From: Deinococcus sp.
GTDB lineage: Bacteria; Deinococcota; Deinococci; Deinococcales; Deinococcaceae
Assembly: GCA_965261005.1 (NCBI GenBank)
Contig: OZ253375.1
Coordinates: forward strand, 704,001 to 768,000
DNA length: 64,000 bases
Direction: 5' to 3'
Shown here in pieces: positions 40,967 through 54,076 of this stretch; position 1 is the first letter of the stretch, and the number at the start of each line of letters is the position of its first letter. The notes below the pieces were generated by a model. That model made no database searches. It had not been told where the DNA came from and was given only the letters and a program-made list of their open reading frames with translations. Made by a program: the position numbers and the translations under genes.

Positions 40967-42298
40967 ATGACTGGCTGGGCATCGCGGCCCTTTTTCTGTT
41001 GGTGCTGTTCAACGGCTTTTTCGTGGCGGCCGAGTACGCCCTCGTCAGCGTGCGGCGCACCCGCATCGACCAGCGCGCCGAGGAAGGCAGCTCCAGCGCC
41101 AAGCTGGTGCAGCGCGTGCTCGGCAACCTGAACCTCTACATCGCCGCCATTCAGCTCGGCGTCTCAATGGCCAGCCTCGCCATCGGCTTCGTGGCCGAGC
41201 CGGCCATCGAACACCTGGTGCGCCCGCTGTTGGTGGGCGCCGGCATGCAGGGCGAGTCGGCCATCACGGCGGTCTCATTCACCATCGCCTTTGTGCTCTC
41301 GACCACGCTGCACATCGTCTTCGGCGAGCTGTTTCCCAAGTCGGCGGCGCTTCAGCGCACCGAGGAAGTGGTCCTGAGCTTCACCCGCCCCTTGGTGCTG
41401 TTCACGGCGGTGTTCCGGCCGGTCATTCTGGCGCTGAACTTCTTCGGCGCCGTGGTGCTGCGTCTGTTCGGCCTCAAGGCCAACGCCGAGCATCCCATCG
41501 CGCACTCCGAGGAGGAGATTCGCATGATCGTCACGGCGTCGAGCCAGGAGGGGGTGCTGGCCGACTCCGAACGCGAGTTGGTCAACAACGTCTTCGACCT
41601 CGCCGACACCGCCGTGCGCTCGATCATGACGCCGCGGGTGGACATGGTGATGGTGGAGGGCGCCTGGTCGCTGCGCGGCGTGCTGGAGCTGTACGAGCGC
41701 CACAACTATTCGCGGGTGCCGGTGTTTTCGGAGTCCCCCGACAACGTGATCGGCGTGGTCCACACCCCCGACGTGCTCAAACATTTGCACGAACTCGACC
41801 ACGTGACCGCCCGCGACATCATGCGCCCCACCTACTACGCGCCCGAGAGCATGCGGGTCAGCGATTTGCTGCGGACCATGCGCGAGCGCAAGGGGCACAT
41901 GGCCATCGTGGTGGACGAGTTCGGCGGCACGGCGGGGGTGGTGACCTTGGAGGACGTCCTCGAAGAGATCGTGGGAGAAATCTACGACGAGACCGACGAC
42001 GAGGAGGTGCAGCGCGTGGTGCGGCTCTCGGACCACGAGTATCTGCTCGACGCTTCTCTGGACGTGGACGAGGTGGAGACGCTGCTCGTCACCGAACTGG
42101 ATGAGGAAGAGGAGCATGAGTTCGATACCCTGGGCGGCTTCGTGACCCAGCACTTCGGCTACATTCCGCAGCCGGGCGAGGTCTTCGAGTGGGAAGGCTG
42201 GACCTACGCCGTCGAGGAGGCCGACCAGCGCCGGGTGGTGCGGGTGCGCGCCAGCAAACCCCTCATGGAAGAGGTCGGTTTGGAGGACGAGGTCGCCC

Positions 42299-42309
<11 letters not shown>
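40963..42309 (+). CDS. HlyC/CorC (CNNM) family transporter: DUF21-CBS-CorC
   Basis: NGFFVAAEYALV, GELFPK, IMTPR, SRVPV, VVDEFGGTAG.VTLED.LEEIVGEI.DE. Confidence 0.93.
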
Positions 42310-42688
<379 letters not shown>

Positions 42689-42696
42689 AGTAGAGC

Positions 42697-43257
42697 ATGT
42701 CCCAGGCCCTGAAGCCGTTTATCAGCGTCGAAGAGTACCTGCGCGGCGAGCAGGAGTCCGAGGTGCGCCACGACTACGTGGACGGCCAAGTGTTCGCGCA
42801 GGCGGGGGCGAGCGACAAGCACAATAGGATTACAGGCAACGTCTTTGCCTTGTTGTGGAATCTAACGCGCGGCACCTCTTGCCAGCCTTATATCAACGAC
42901 ATGAAGGCGCGCATACACGACAAGATTTTCTACTACCCCGACGTGATGGTGGTCTGCGAAAGCGCCGCCGACGAAATCTACTTCAAGCGCCGCCCCTGCC
43001 TGATCGTGGAGGTGCTGTCCCCCGCAACGGAAGCCTTGGACCGGGGCGCCAAGTTCGATCAGTACCGCCAGCTGCCCAGCTTGGAAACTTACGTGCTGCT
43101 GCACCAGGATAGACCGCGCGCCGAGCTGTACCGCCGGGTGGAGGCGGGTAGGTGGCTCTACGAGGTGCGAGAGGGGGAGGACGTTCTGCCGCTGAGCTGC
43201 CCCAAGGCGGACTTGTCCCTCACAGAGATTTACGAGGGCGTGCCCCTGCCGGACTGA
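42697..43257 (+). CDS. Uma2 family endonuclease-like protein
   Basis: EEYL..E, YPDVMV.C, LIVEVLSP.T...DR..K. Confidence 0.9.
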   Translation: MSQALKPFISVEEYLRGEQESEVRHDYVDGQVFAQAGASDKHNRITGNVFALLWNLTRGTSCQPYINDMKARIHDKIFYYPDVMVVCESAADEIYFKRRPCLIVEVLSPATEALDRGAKFDQYRQLPSLETYVLLHQDRPRAELYRRVEAGRWLYEVREGEDVLPLSCPKADLSLTEIYEGVPLPD

Positions 43258-43293
43258 GCGCAACCTTCGGCGGCCCCGGCGCGTACCTGGGAC

Positions 43294-43680
43294 ATGTCCA
43301 GCTCCTTGACCAATCCCATTCCCCAAGACCAGCGCACGCCGGTGATCATCGAACACCTCGCGCCGCTGGCCGCCTTTTGGCTGCCGGTGCTGGGCAACGT
43401 GATCGGGGCGCTGGTCGCGTGGCTGCTGCTGCGCGACCGCCACGCCGCGCTGGACGAGCAGGGCCGCGAGGTGGTGAACTTCCAGATCTCCATCTCGCTG
43501 TACTTCATCGCCTTTACGGCGGTGGTAATCTTGACCTTGGGCATTGGCATCTTGCTGCTGTGGCCGGTGCTGGTCGGCCTGTACGCGCTACAATTTATCA
43601 CCATGATCCTGGCGGTGGTGGCGGCGCTGGACGGGCGGCCGTACCGCTATCCATTTTCGATTCGCTTTCTCAAGGCGTAG
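43294..43680 (+). CDS. DUF4870 (Tic20-like) membrane protein
   Basis: Three TM helices, VNFQIS, G..YRYPF.IR. Confidence 0.85.
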   Translation: MSSSLTNPIPQDQRTPVIIEHLAPLAAFWLPVLGNVIGALVAWLLLRDRHAALDEQGREVVNFQISISLYFIAFTAVVILTLGIGILLLWPVLVGLYALQFITMILAVVAALDGRPYRYPFSIRFLKA

Positions 43681-43726
43681 CGATTCTCAAGGCGTAACAA
43701 CCGGCCACACCCTTTACAATTCCGCT

Positions 43727-44464
<738 letters not shown>

Positions 44465-44484
44465 GTGCGCTAGATTCGGGCCAT

Positions 44485-45015
44485 ATGACGGTTCCCATCC
44501 AATTCAAGGACACCATTCAGATTCGCGGGCGGGCGGACACGCTGTTTCGCAACGTGATGGACCCCCGGCGCCGCGCCAAGTGGGACCCCAACGTCGCGGG
44601 CGCCAACTTCGTGGAAGGGGAGCGCCTGGGCAGCGGCACCTTGGTGCGCTTCAAGCTGCCCCGGCGCCTGCTCGGCTTCAGCTTCACCGCCAAGTACGGC
44701 TCCTACCAAGCCCCGACGCGCGGGGGGTGGGAAAGCGTGAGGCCCTTCGGCCCCCTCGAAAGGCTGGCGCAGGGCTGGGTGTTCAAGCCTGTTCCCGGCG
44801 GCAGCGAGGTCACCTTGTCGGTGAACGCGCGGGTGCGCTACCGCTGGCTGGCCGGCCCGGTGGAGCGGCTGCTGCGGTCGGCCTCGGCGCAAACCCTGAT
44901 CGAGTTGCAGCGCCAGGTGGACGCGGGCGGCGCGCGGGCCATGCTCGACACCGCGCGAGAAGTGGCGAAGCAGCAGAAGGCGGCCAAGAAGGGGAAAAAG
45001 GCCGGGCCGCGGTGA
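44485..45015 (+). CDS. SRPBCC (START-like) domain protein
   Basis: D..RR.KWD, W.F.P..GGSEVT pattern; start at ATG 44485. Confidence 0.7.
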   Translation: MTVPIQFKDTIQIRGRADTLFRNVMDPRRRAKWDPNVAGANFVEGERLGSGTLVRFKLPRRLLGFSFTAKYGSYQAPTRGGWESVRPFGPLERLAQGWVFKPVPGGSEVTLSVNARVRYRWLAGPVERLLRSASAQTLIELQRQVDAGGARAMLDTAREVAKQQKAAKKGKKAGPR

Positions 45016-45073
45016 CCCATTCCTAAACCCTTCTTGAGCCTTTTCACGGCCTCGCCGGCGTAAACTTGACCGC

Positions 45074-46080
<1,007 letters not shown>

Positions 46081-46084
<4 letters not shown>

Positions 46085-47667
46085 CCGGCCCGAGCACCAG
46101 CTCACCAGTTGCCAGTTCACCGGGCACCAGTTCGCCGGCGACCGCTTCGATGGAGGCGCCCCCCGTCACCAACCCGCTGCGCGAGGGGATGCGCCGCAAG
46201 CGGGCGCCGGAGCCGTGTTCGCTGGTGATCTTCGGCGTGACGGGGGACCTCGCCAAGCGCAAGCTGCTGCCGGCGGTGTTCGGCTTGTGGCAAGACGGCC
46301 AATTGGGGCCGGGCTTTTCGGTGGTGGGGGTGGGCCGCGCCCCGATGGACGACGCCGACTTCAAGGCGATGGTGCAGGACGCCCTGACCACCAGCAAGGA
46401 GACCGACGCCATTTTGGAGGGCAGCTTGGAGCGCTTCGCGGACCTGCTCTCCTACGTGGGCGGCGAGTTCGGCGAGGGGGCCACCTACGCCGACATCGGT
46501 TCGGCCCTCGAAAAGGTCGAGACGGCGCGCGGGGCCGGGCACAACGCCCTCTTCTACCTTTCGACGCCGCCCAGCCTGTTCGAAATCGTGTCCAAGGGGC
46601 TGGGCGAGGCGGGCCTCGCGAACGAGCAGAACGGTTGGCGCCGCCTGATCATCGAAAAGCCCTTCGGGACCGACCTGGGAAGCGCCCTCGACCTCAACGC
46701 CGAGATTCACCAGTTTTGGCAAGAGGAGCAGGTCTACCGCATCGACCATTACCTGGGCAAGGAGACCGTTCAGAACGTCCTCGCGATTCGCTTCGGAAAT
46801 TTGATCTTCGAGCCGATCTGGAACCGCTCCTACGTGGAGCACGTGCAGATCACGGCCGCCGAGGACCTGGGCATGGAGGGGCGCGGCGGCTACTACGAGG
46901 AGGCCGGCGCCGTGCGCGACATGCTGCAAAACCACTTGTTGCAGCTGTTCACCTTGGTCGCGATGGAGCCGCCGGTCGCCTTCGACGCCGACGCCATTCG
47001 CGACGAAAAGGTCAAGGTGCTGCGCGCGGTGCATCCCATCCCGGCCACGCGGGTGGCCGAGGTGGCGGTGCGCGGCCAGTACGGTCCCGGCACCATGTAC
47101 GGCGAGCGGGTGCCCGGCTACCGCGAGGAAAAGAACGTCGCGCCGGACTCCGTGACGCCCACCTACCTGGCCCTCAAGCTGGAGGTGGACAATTGGCGCT
47201 GGAAGGGCGTGCCGTTTTTCCTGCGCACGGGGAAGCGGCTGCCCAAAAAGGTCACCGAGATCGCGGTGGTCTTTCGCCGGCCGCCGCTGGGTTTGTTTCC
47301 CGGCGGCTTGGAGCGCAACGTGCTCGCCTTTAGAATCCAGCCCGACGAGGGAGTCAGCCTCAAGCTCTCCAGCAAGACCCCCGGGCAGGAAAATACCCTG
47401 CGCGAGGTGGTGATGGACTTCCGCTACGACGCCTTTGGGGCCGAACTGGAGAGCGCCTACTCACGTCTGTTGCTGGACGCCATGCTGGGGGACGCCACCC
47501 TCTTTCCGCGCGAGGACGAGGTGGAGCGCGCTTGGAAGCTGGTCAGCGGCATTCTGGAAGCTTGGCAGGCCCCCGACCCCGCCCTGCCCAACTACGCCGC
47601 CGGCACCTGGGGACCCGACGCCGCCGACGAGTTGATCGGCGAGGGCCGGCGCTGGAGACACTTGTAG
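46081..47667 (+). CDS. zwf: Glucose-6-phosphate dehydrogenase
   Basis: [37 protein letters not shown]. Confidence 0.97.
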
Positions 47668-47680
47668 AAAAAGGAGTCGT

Positions 47681-48649
47681 ATGCCGCAAACACTCGCTCT
47701 AAAGCCGCTCGGCCCGGTCGTCTCGGACGTGCGCGGCGCGCAGCTCGCGCTCGACGCCTTGTGGGACCAGACCGAGATCGAGTCGCGCGCCTACACGGGC
47801 AACTTGATCGCACTGACCGAAAAAAAGCACCTCGTGCGGGTGCAGGAGGCGCTGGCCACCATCGGCGGGCGCTACGCGGGGCGCCAGATCGTCGGCGTGA
47901 TGGACGGCGACGACACCGTAGACGTCGAGGTGAGCCTTGTGCCGCAGCGCGGGCTGTACGTGGAGCGACTCGTGCTGGACGCCAACGCCGAGCAGCTTCA
48001 AGGGGCCATTTTGCCCCTTCTGCGCCCCGCCACCATGAACCACCTGTGGTGGGCCTCCAACACCCCTCCCGGCGGGGCGCTGCTTCAGGAACTCGCCGAG
48101 ATCGCCGACCAGGTGATCGCCGACACCCTGGCGCTCCACCTGCACGAGGACGTCCGCTTCGCCCTCTCGGACCTCGGCTGGGCGCGCACCAGCGTGTGGC
48201 GCGAGGCGACCGCGCAGCTGTTCGACGCCCCCGAGGCGGCGGCGCAGTTGCGGCGGCTCACGCGGCTCAGGGTCAGCTTTGCCGGCAGCAACGACCGGCC
48301 GGCGCGGCTGTTCGCGGGCTGGGTGGCGTCCAAGCTGGGCTGGCTGAGCGCGGGTGGGGTCGAGATCGCGCCCGAGCCGGGCTGCCAACGTGAAAACGGC
48401 GATTTGTGCGGTGTGACGCTGTCCGGCCCAGCTGAGAATGGCGCTAGCTTCGAGCTGCGCGGCGGCGAGGGCTACAGCGTGCGGACCACGGTGCGCTACG
48501 GCAGCGTCGAGCACAGCGTGGAGAGCAGCTTGCCGCCGCTCTCGCTGGGCGAGGGCCTGGGCCAGCTGATGGCGCGGCCGGCGCAAAACGACAACTTCGA
48601 GGACGCCCTCAAGGTCGCTCGGCGCCTGAAAAGCGGGAACCCGGCTTGA
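47681..48649 (+). CDS. opcA: G6PD assembly protein OpcA
   Basis: LWW, DLGWAR...WR...A.LFD, GW..SKLGW; lies between zwf and pgl. Confidence 0.85.
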   Translation: MPQTLALKPLGPVVSDVRGAQLALDALWDQTEIESRAYTGNLIALTEKKHLVRVQEALATIGGRYAGRQIVGVMDGDDTVDVEVSLVPQRGLYVERLVLDANAEQLQGAILPLLRPATMNHLWWASNTPPGGALLQELAEIADQVIADTLALHLHEDVRFALSDLGWARTSVWREATAQLFDAPEAAAQLRRLTRLRVSFAGSNDRPARLFAGWVASKLGWLSAGGVEIAPEPGCQRENGDLCGVTLSGPAENGASFELRGGEGYSVRTTVRYGSVEHSVESSLPPLSLGEGLGQLMARPAQNDNFEDALKVARRLKSGNPA

Positions 48650-49311
48650 GGTGGCGTGATTTCCCGTCGCCGCAGGCGTTGGGCGAGGCGGCGGCGGCCG
48701 ATTTCGCCGTTCTGGCTGGGGAGGCGGTGCGGGAGCGCGGCGCCTTTCGCGTCGCGCTGTCGGGCGGCAGCACGCCCAAGCACCTGTACCGGGCGCTGCT
48801 GGGTCAGCAGGTGCCGTGGGCGCAGACGTGGGTCTACTTCTCGGACGAGCGCAGCGTGCCGCCCGACTCTGCGGAGAGCAACTTCAAGCTGGCCCACGAT
48901 GAGCTGCTGAGCAAGGTGGCCGTGCCGCAGGATCACGTTCTGCGAATGCGCGGCGAACTCGATCCGCAGGAGGCGGCGCGCGCCTACGAGGCGCAGTTGC
49001 CGGCGCAACTCGACCTGGTGCTGCTGGGCATGGGTGACGACGGCCACACCGCCAGCCTGTTTCCCGGCACGGCGGGGCTGGGCGCGGCGGGCCGGGTGAC
49101 GGCCAACTTGGTGCCCAAGCTGGACACTTGGCGCCTGAGCTTTACCTTTGAGGAGATTGGCGCCGCACGTGAACGCTGGCTGCTGGTCACCGGCGACAAC
49201 AAGGCGGCCATCTTAAGGGACGTGGCGGCGGGCCAGGGGGACTACCCGGTGGCGCGGGTCAAGGACCCGACTTGGTACCTCGACGAGGCGGCGGCCAAGC
49301 TGCTGAAGTGA
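48646..49311 (+). CDS. pgl: 6-phosphogluconolactonase
   Basis: [26 protein letters not shown]. Confidence 0.95.
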   Translation: MRWRDFPSPQALGEAAAADFAVLAGEAVRERGAFRVALSGGSTPKHLYRALLGQQVPWAQTWVYFSDERSVPPDSAESNFKLAHDELLSKVAVPQDHVLRMRGELDPQEAARAYEAQLPAQLDLVLLGMGDDGHTASLFPGTAGLGAAGRVTANLVPKLDTWRLSFTFEEIGAARERWLLVTGDNKAAILRDVAAGQGDYPVARVKDPTWYLDEAAAKLLK

Positions 49312-49365
49312 TGGGCGGGCGCTTCTCAGCGGGCCGTCAGGCGCGGGTGCCATAGTGGGTCATCC

Positions 49366-49761
49366 ATGCGACGGCTTTTTGCTCTGATTCCCCTCCTCCT
49401 CAGCGCGGGCCTCGCGCAGCCGCTGCCCGCCGGCAGCTGGACCCTCTACCGCACGGGGCGCGGCAACCAGCACGACACGGTCACGCGCGCTCACAAGCCG
49501 ACCATCCGGTTTGAGAACGGGCGCGTGACGGGCAACGCGAGCTGCAATACCTACTTCGGCGGCTACAGCGCCGAGGGGGCCGAACTTGAGCTTGGTCCCC
49601 TCGGCGCGACCAGGAAAGCCTGCGCCTTTCCCGCCGAGGGCCTGCTGGAAGCGCGCTTTCTCAACTCGCTCGCCAAGGTGAAGCGCTACGGCGTGTCGGG
49701 CGGCTTTTTGGTTCTGTACACCACCGACCGCGAAACGTTGGTTTTCAAACGCTCGGGGTAA
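49366..49761 (+). CDS. Secreted META (HslJ-like) domain protein
   Basis: Signal peptide; G..SCN.Y.G.Y, T..AC, E..FL..L. Confidence 0.85.
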   Translation: MRRLFALIPLLLSAGLAQPLPAGSWTLYRTGRGNQHDTVTRAHKPTIRFENGRVTGNASCNTYFGGYSAEGAELELGPLGATRKACAFPAEGLLEARFLNSLAKVKRYGVSGGFLVLYTTDRETLVFKRSG

Positions 49762-51190
49762 CGCCGACCAACGCCAAGGCCCGGTCAATCCGGCCGAGGG
49801 TGCGCTCCCGGCCCAGGGCTTCCAGCATCTCGAACATGCCGGGGCTTTCGGAGGTGCCCGCCAGCGCCGCACGCAGCGGCTGCATCACCTTGCCGGCCCC
49901 CACGCCGGCCGCCCCCGCGAAGCCGCGCAGCAAGGGTTCGGTCGTTTCCGGCGAAAAGTCCTCCGCCTGAGCCAGGGCGTCCCGCAGACCGGGCAGCAGG
50001 TTCTTGCCGTCCTCTAACAGCCGCAGCGCCTTGTCACTGAAGGGGTAGTCCTCGGTCCAGAAATAGCGCGACTTGTCCCAGAACTCGCCCAGCGTGTCCA
50101 TGCGCGGGGCCAACATGGCGACCACCTGCTTGAAGTAGCCGTCGAGGGGCAGGTCGTGGCCCCGCTCCTTTAAGAAGGCGTGCAGCCTCTCGGCCAATTC
50201 CTCTAAGCTCAGCACCTCGCGCAGGTACTTGCCGTTCAGCCAACTGAGCTTGGCGAGGTCAAAGACCGAGCCGCCCAGGCTGACGCGCTCCCAGGAGAAG
50301 TGCCGGGTCATATCTTGGACAGTAAAGACCTCGCGCCCGTCCGGCATGGACCAGCCCATCATGCCCAGGTAGTTGAGCAGCGCTTCGGGCAGAATGCCCT
50401 GCGCGCGGAACCACTCGACGGAGGTATTCCCCTTGCGCTTGGACAGCTTGGTCTTGTCGGGGTTGCGCAGCAGCGGCAGGTGAATCCAGACGGGCTGGGG
50501 CCAATTGAACGCCCCATACAGCAAGACGTGCAGCGGCGCCGACGAGAGCCACTCCTCGCCGCGCAGAACGTGGGTCACACTCATATCGTGGTCGTCCACC
50601 ACCACGCCGAGGTGGTAGGTCGGAAAGCCGTCCGACTTGAGCAGCACCGCGTCCTCCAAACCCGCGTTCTCGAAGACGACGTCGCCGCGCAGCTCGTCTT
50701 TCACCACGGTCTGCCCCTCGCGCGGCACCTTGAGGCGGACGACGTGCGGCTCGCCGTTCTGCGCTCTCGTCTGCGCCTCCTGCGGCGAGAGGTCGCGCGA
50801 CGGCACCCGGATGACGGTGCCCGCCGCCTGCGCCTGGGTTCTCAGGGCGGCGAGTTCCTCGGGCGTCTCAAAGGCCCGGTAGGCGGCCCCGCTCGCCAAG
50901 AGGTTGTCGGCGGCCTCGTGGTACAGCGGCAGCCGCTCGGACTGGCGGTAGGGGCTGTGCGAACCGCCCAGGTCCGGCCCTTGGTCGTGGGGGATGCCCA
51001 GCCAAGCGAGGGCGTCCAGAATGCGCGCCTCGGACTCGGCGCTGTAGCGCTTGCGGTCGGTGTCCTCGATGCGGACGATGAACTGCCCCGAACTCTGGCG
51101 GGCCAGCACGAAGTCGAACAGCGCTTGGTAGGCGGTCCCCACGTGCGGGTCGCCGGTGGGACTGGGGGCGATGCGGGTCACGACGGTCAT
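49745..51190 (-). CDS. gltX: Glutamyl-tRNA synthetase
   Basis: RIAPSPTG.PHVG, RIEDTD, YRQSER, KLSKR; start ATG 51190. Confidence 0.96.
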   Translation of the reverse strand: MTVVTRIAPSPTGDPHVGTAYQALFDFVLARQSSGQFIVRIEDTDRKRYSAESEARILDALAWLGIPHDQGPDLGGSHSPYRQSERLPLYHEAADNLLASGAAYRAFETPEELAALRTQAQAAGTVIRVPSRDLSPQEAQTRAQNGEPHVVRLKVPREGQTVVKDELRGDVVFENAGLEDAVLLKSDGFPTYHLGVVVDDHDMSVTHVLRGEEWLSSAPLHVLLYGAFNWPQPVWIHLPLLRNPDKTKLSKRKGNTSVEWFRAQGILPEALLNYLGMMGWSMPDGREVFTVQDMTRHFSWERVSLGGSVFDLAKLSWLNGKYLREVLSLEELAERLHAFLKERGHDLPLDGYFKQVVAMLAPRMDTLGEFWDKSRYFWTEDYPFSDKALRLLEDGKNLLPGLRDALAQAEDFSPETTEPLLRGFAGAAGVGAGKVMQPLRAALAGTSESPGMFEMLEALGRERTLGRIDRALALVGVTPSV

Positions 51191-51256
51191 GGGGCCAGGA
51201 TACTGCCCCCCTCGAAGTAACAGGGTCGGCGAGAACGCGCAACTTAAGATTCGGCC

Positions 51257-52063
51257 ATGCCCTGGAACCCCGACACCTACTTGCAGTTCGCCGCCGAGCG
51301 CGCCGCCCCGGCGCACGACTTGTTCGAGTTGATCTCCCCCGAACCTCACAGCGTCGTTGATTTGGGCTGCGGCACAGGGGAGCACACCGCCGCCCTGGCC
51401 GCCCGCTTTCCGGGAGCAGAGGTGACGGGCCTCGACAGCTCGGAGGAGATGCTGGCGCGGGCACGGAATTTGTTGACAGGGGTAGGGGAGGGTTTGAAAC
51501 CCTCCCCTACCGGGCGGCAGCCCAACCTGACCTTTCGGCAGGGCCGGATTGAAGACCTCGCTGGCGGGTACGACCTGATCTTCTCCAATGCCGCGCTGCA
51601 ATGGCTGCCGGACCACCGCGACTTGCTGGCCCGCTTGTGGCGGCACCTCAACCCCGGTGGCCAGCTGGCCGTGCAGGTGCCGTCCAACTTCGACCATCCC
51701 TCGCACCGTTTGCTGGCGGGGACGGCGGGAGAGGCGCCGTTTCATGACGCTTTGGGAAACTGGACCCGCTACGGCAGCGCCCCGGTGCTGGGCATCACAG
51801 AGTACGGCGAGACGCTGTTTCGGTTGGGCGGGCAGGACATCACCGCCTTTGAGAAGATCTATCCCGTCGTACTGAAGGACGCCGACGGCGTGCTGGCCTG
51901 GACCTCAGGCACGGCGCTCTTGCCGTACCTGGAACGTTTGCCGGAGGAACTGCGCGGCCCCTTTCGCGAAACGTACCGGCGAAAGCTGTGGGCCGAGTGG
52001 CCCGCCGGCCCAGTGTTCTACGCCTTTAAAAGGACGCTGTTCGCGGCAAATAAACCGTCGTAG
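51257..52063 (+). CDS. tam: Trans-aconitate 2-methyltransferase-like
   Basis: W.P..YL.F, DLGCGTG, GLDSS..ML, SNAALQW, LAVQ.P.N. Confidence 0.85.
   Translation: MPWNPDTYLQFAAERAAPAHDLFELISPEPHSVVDLGCGTGEHTAALAARFPGAEVTGLDSSEEMLARARNLLTGVGEGLKPSPTGRQPNLTFRQGRIEDLAGGYDLIFSNAALQWLPDHRDLLARLWRHLNPGGQLAVQVPSNFDHPSHRLLAGTAGEAPFHDALGNWTRYGSAPVLGITEYGETLFRLGGQDITAFEKIYPVVLKDADGVLAWTSGTALLPYLERLPEELRGPFRETYRRKLWAEWPAGPVFYAFKRTLFAANKPS
51482..51510. repeat. GTAG-type REP palindrome, in frame inside tam
   Basis: GTAGGGGAGGGTTTGAAACCCTCCCCTAC, identical to 52060-52088; encodes VGEGLKPSPT. Confidence 0.9.
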
Positions 52064-52088
52064 GGGAGGGTTTGAAACCCTCCCCTAC
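52060..52088. repeat. GTAG-type REP palindrome supplying the tam stop codon
   Basis: Same 29-mer; TAG 52061-52063; a partial AAACCCTCCCC follows. Confidence 0.9.
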
Positions 52089-52125
52089 CCACCACAAACC
52101 CTCCCCGATCATTCTCCTCGGCTCC

Positions 52126-53982
52126 TCACATCTCCGTCGGCACCTCGATGCCCAGCCAATTCAGCGTCTCTTTGAGGGCCGCGTGCATGCGCGCCACCAG
52201 GGCCACGCGCGCCTCGCGCAGGCCGGGCGCGCTTGCCATCACGTTGGTGTCGTTCTTGCCGGCCGCGTCCTTGTGGTTGTACCAAGCGTTGAAGACGTTC
52301 GCGAGGTCGAGGGCGTACTGCGCGACCGGGTGCGGCGAGTGCTGCCGCACGGCATTATCCAGCACCTCGGGGGCGCGGGCGATCACCTTGGCGAGACCCA
52401 GCTCCAAATCGGTCAGCTGCGCCCAGTCGGCGTTCTCGGTCGTGTGGCCGGCCTGTTTCGCCCTCTCAACGATCTTGGCCGCGCGCACCGCCGCGTACTG
52501 CACCACCGGGGCGGTGTCCCCCTGAAGGGCCAGCGCCTGGTCCCAGCGAAAGTCAATCTGGCGGGTCGGTTCGCTTTTCAGCATGGCGAAGCGCAGGGCG
52601 CCGATGCCGACAATGCGCGCCACCTCGGCCGCGTCCGCCAACTCGCGCTCGCCCAACACGGCGCGGGCGCGCCCCCTGGCCTCCTCAAGCACCTCGTCCA
52701 CGCTGAGGGTCACGCCCTTCCGGCCCGACATGGGCTGTCCCTCCAGCAAGACCGTGCCGTAGGAAAGGTGAAAGGAGCGCTCGGCCTGCGACGGCGCCTC
52801 CGCCACAGCCAGGGACGCTTTGACAATGGTCTGCGGGTGGCTCTGGCGGTCGTCAATCACGTTGATGACCTCCGTGGCGTGCGCGAAGCGGTCGCTTGGC
52901 TGACCTTCCCCCGTCTGACCACCCGGCGCCGAGGTCCACAGCTCCCGGCCGCCGGGCTGCGTTTCAAACGGCGCGTACTTCAATCCCTCGAACAAGCCGA
53001 ACTTCCAGAACTGCTGGGCGATGTCCTTGGCGGTGTAGGTCGCCGTGCCGTCCGAGCGGATCAGGACCAGGGTCGGGTCTTCCAAGCCGGGGATGAACTC
53101 GGACACGTCCATCACGAAGGCGCCGGCATATTTCCCCTCGGTCGGGTGCGAGGTGTAGGGACTCGCCTCCAAAAGGTCCATCGCGCGCCGCAGAAAGCCG
53201 CTGCCCACGATGTCCGACTCCCACACCAGCAGGTCGTAGCGGGCGCCCAGGGCGGAGCAAGTCTCCAGCTGCGCCCGCACGATCTCCTCCACGTCGGCGC
53301 GGCGCTTCCCGGCCTCCAGGTCATGCAGGACGGCGCGGATACCCTCCTCGTACTGCGCCTTGTCCGGCTCGGCGTTCAGGTCCACGTACAGCTTACCCAG
53401 CCAATGGTCCAGGCGGTTCTTCCAAATGGGCTGATGCTGTCTCCACGCCTCGAACGCCTCACGCCAATCCTGGCCGGCGTACAGCCCCCGCGCGAACAGC
53501 GACTCGGCCGCTTGGCGCCCGGTGTCGTCAATGTAGTTCTGCACCTCGACGGTGAAGCCCGCCGCGCGGAACACCCGCGCGAGGCTGTCGCCCAGCACCA
53601 CGTTGCGCAGGTGGCCGACGTGCAGCTCCTTGTTGGGATTGACCGAGGTGTGCTCGATCACGACCTTGCCGGGCTGAGGTTCCGGGGAAAAAGGGTTCTC
53701 CAGCACCGCGCGCACAAAGGCGCCGGGGTCCAGAAAGAAGTTGAGGTACGGCCCCGCCGCCTCCACCCGCGCCACCCCGGCGGGCAGCGCGACCGTTTGC
53801 GCGAGCTGCGCGGCGATCTGGGCCGGGTTCTGCCGAAGCGACTTGGCGATGATAAAGGCGGCGGGCGTGCCGTAGTCGCCCGGCTTGTCCGGGGGCGTCT
53901 CTTGAATGGCGGCCTCGACCTGGGCGCCGAGTTCCCGGGCGGCGGCCTCCACGGCCAGCTTCAATTGTGCTTTCAAGTCCAT
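52126..53982 (-). CDS. argS: Arginyl-tRNA synthetase
   Basis: EHTSVNPNKELHVGHLRN, YIDDTGRQ, RSDGT..Y...DIA, MSGRKG, QYA..RA, LGI.....M. Confidence 0.95.
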   Translation of the reverse strand: MDLKAQLKLAVEAAARELGAQVEAAIQETPPDKPGDYGTPAAFIIAKSLRQNPAQIAAQLAQTVALPAGVARVEAAGPYLNFFLDPGAFVRAVLENPFSPEPQPGKVVIEHTSVNPNKELHVGHLRNVVLGDSLARVFRAAGFTVEVQNYIDDTGRQAAESLFARGLYAGQDWREAFEAWRQHQPIWKNRLDHWLGKLYVDLNAEPDKAQYEEGIRAVLHDLEAGKRRADVEEIVRAQLETCSALGARYDLLVWESDIVGSGFLRRAMDLLEASPYTSHPTEGKYAGAFVMDVSEFIPGLEDPTLVLIRSDGTATYTAKDIAQQFWKFGLFEGLKYAPFETQPGGRELWTSAPGGQTGEGQPSDRFAHATEVINVIDDRQSHPQTIVKASLAVAEAPSQAERSFHLSYGTVLLEGQPMSGRKGVTLSVDEVLEEARGRARAVLGERELADAAEVARIVGIGALRFAMLKSEPTRQIDFRWDQALALQGDTAPVVQYAAVRAAKIVERAKQAGHTTENADWAQLTDLELGLAKVIARAPEVLDNAVRQHSPHPVAQYALDLANVFNAWYNHKDAAGKNDTNVMASAPGLREARVALVARMHAALKETLNWLGIEVPTEM

Positions 53983-54076
53983 GTCGCCGCTCTCCACATA
54001 AGGGGGAATTCTAGCAGAGCGCCGGCTTCAGCTGCCTGTCACCCAACCGTCAGCTTCGGGCGGCACAGTAAGAACT

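Noticed and set aside
51241..51250. AACTTAAGAT match to the 2085 repeat end
   Set aside because: Only 10 bp; explained by the TAAGAT -10 box of leaderless tam
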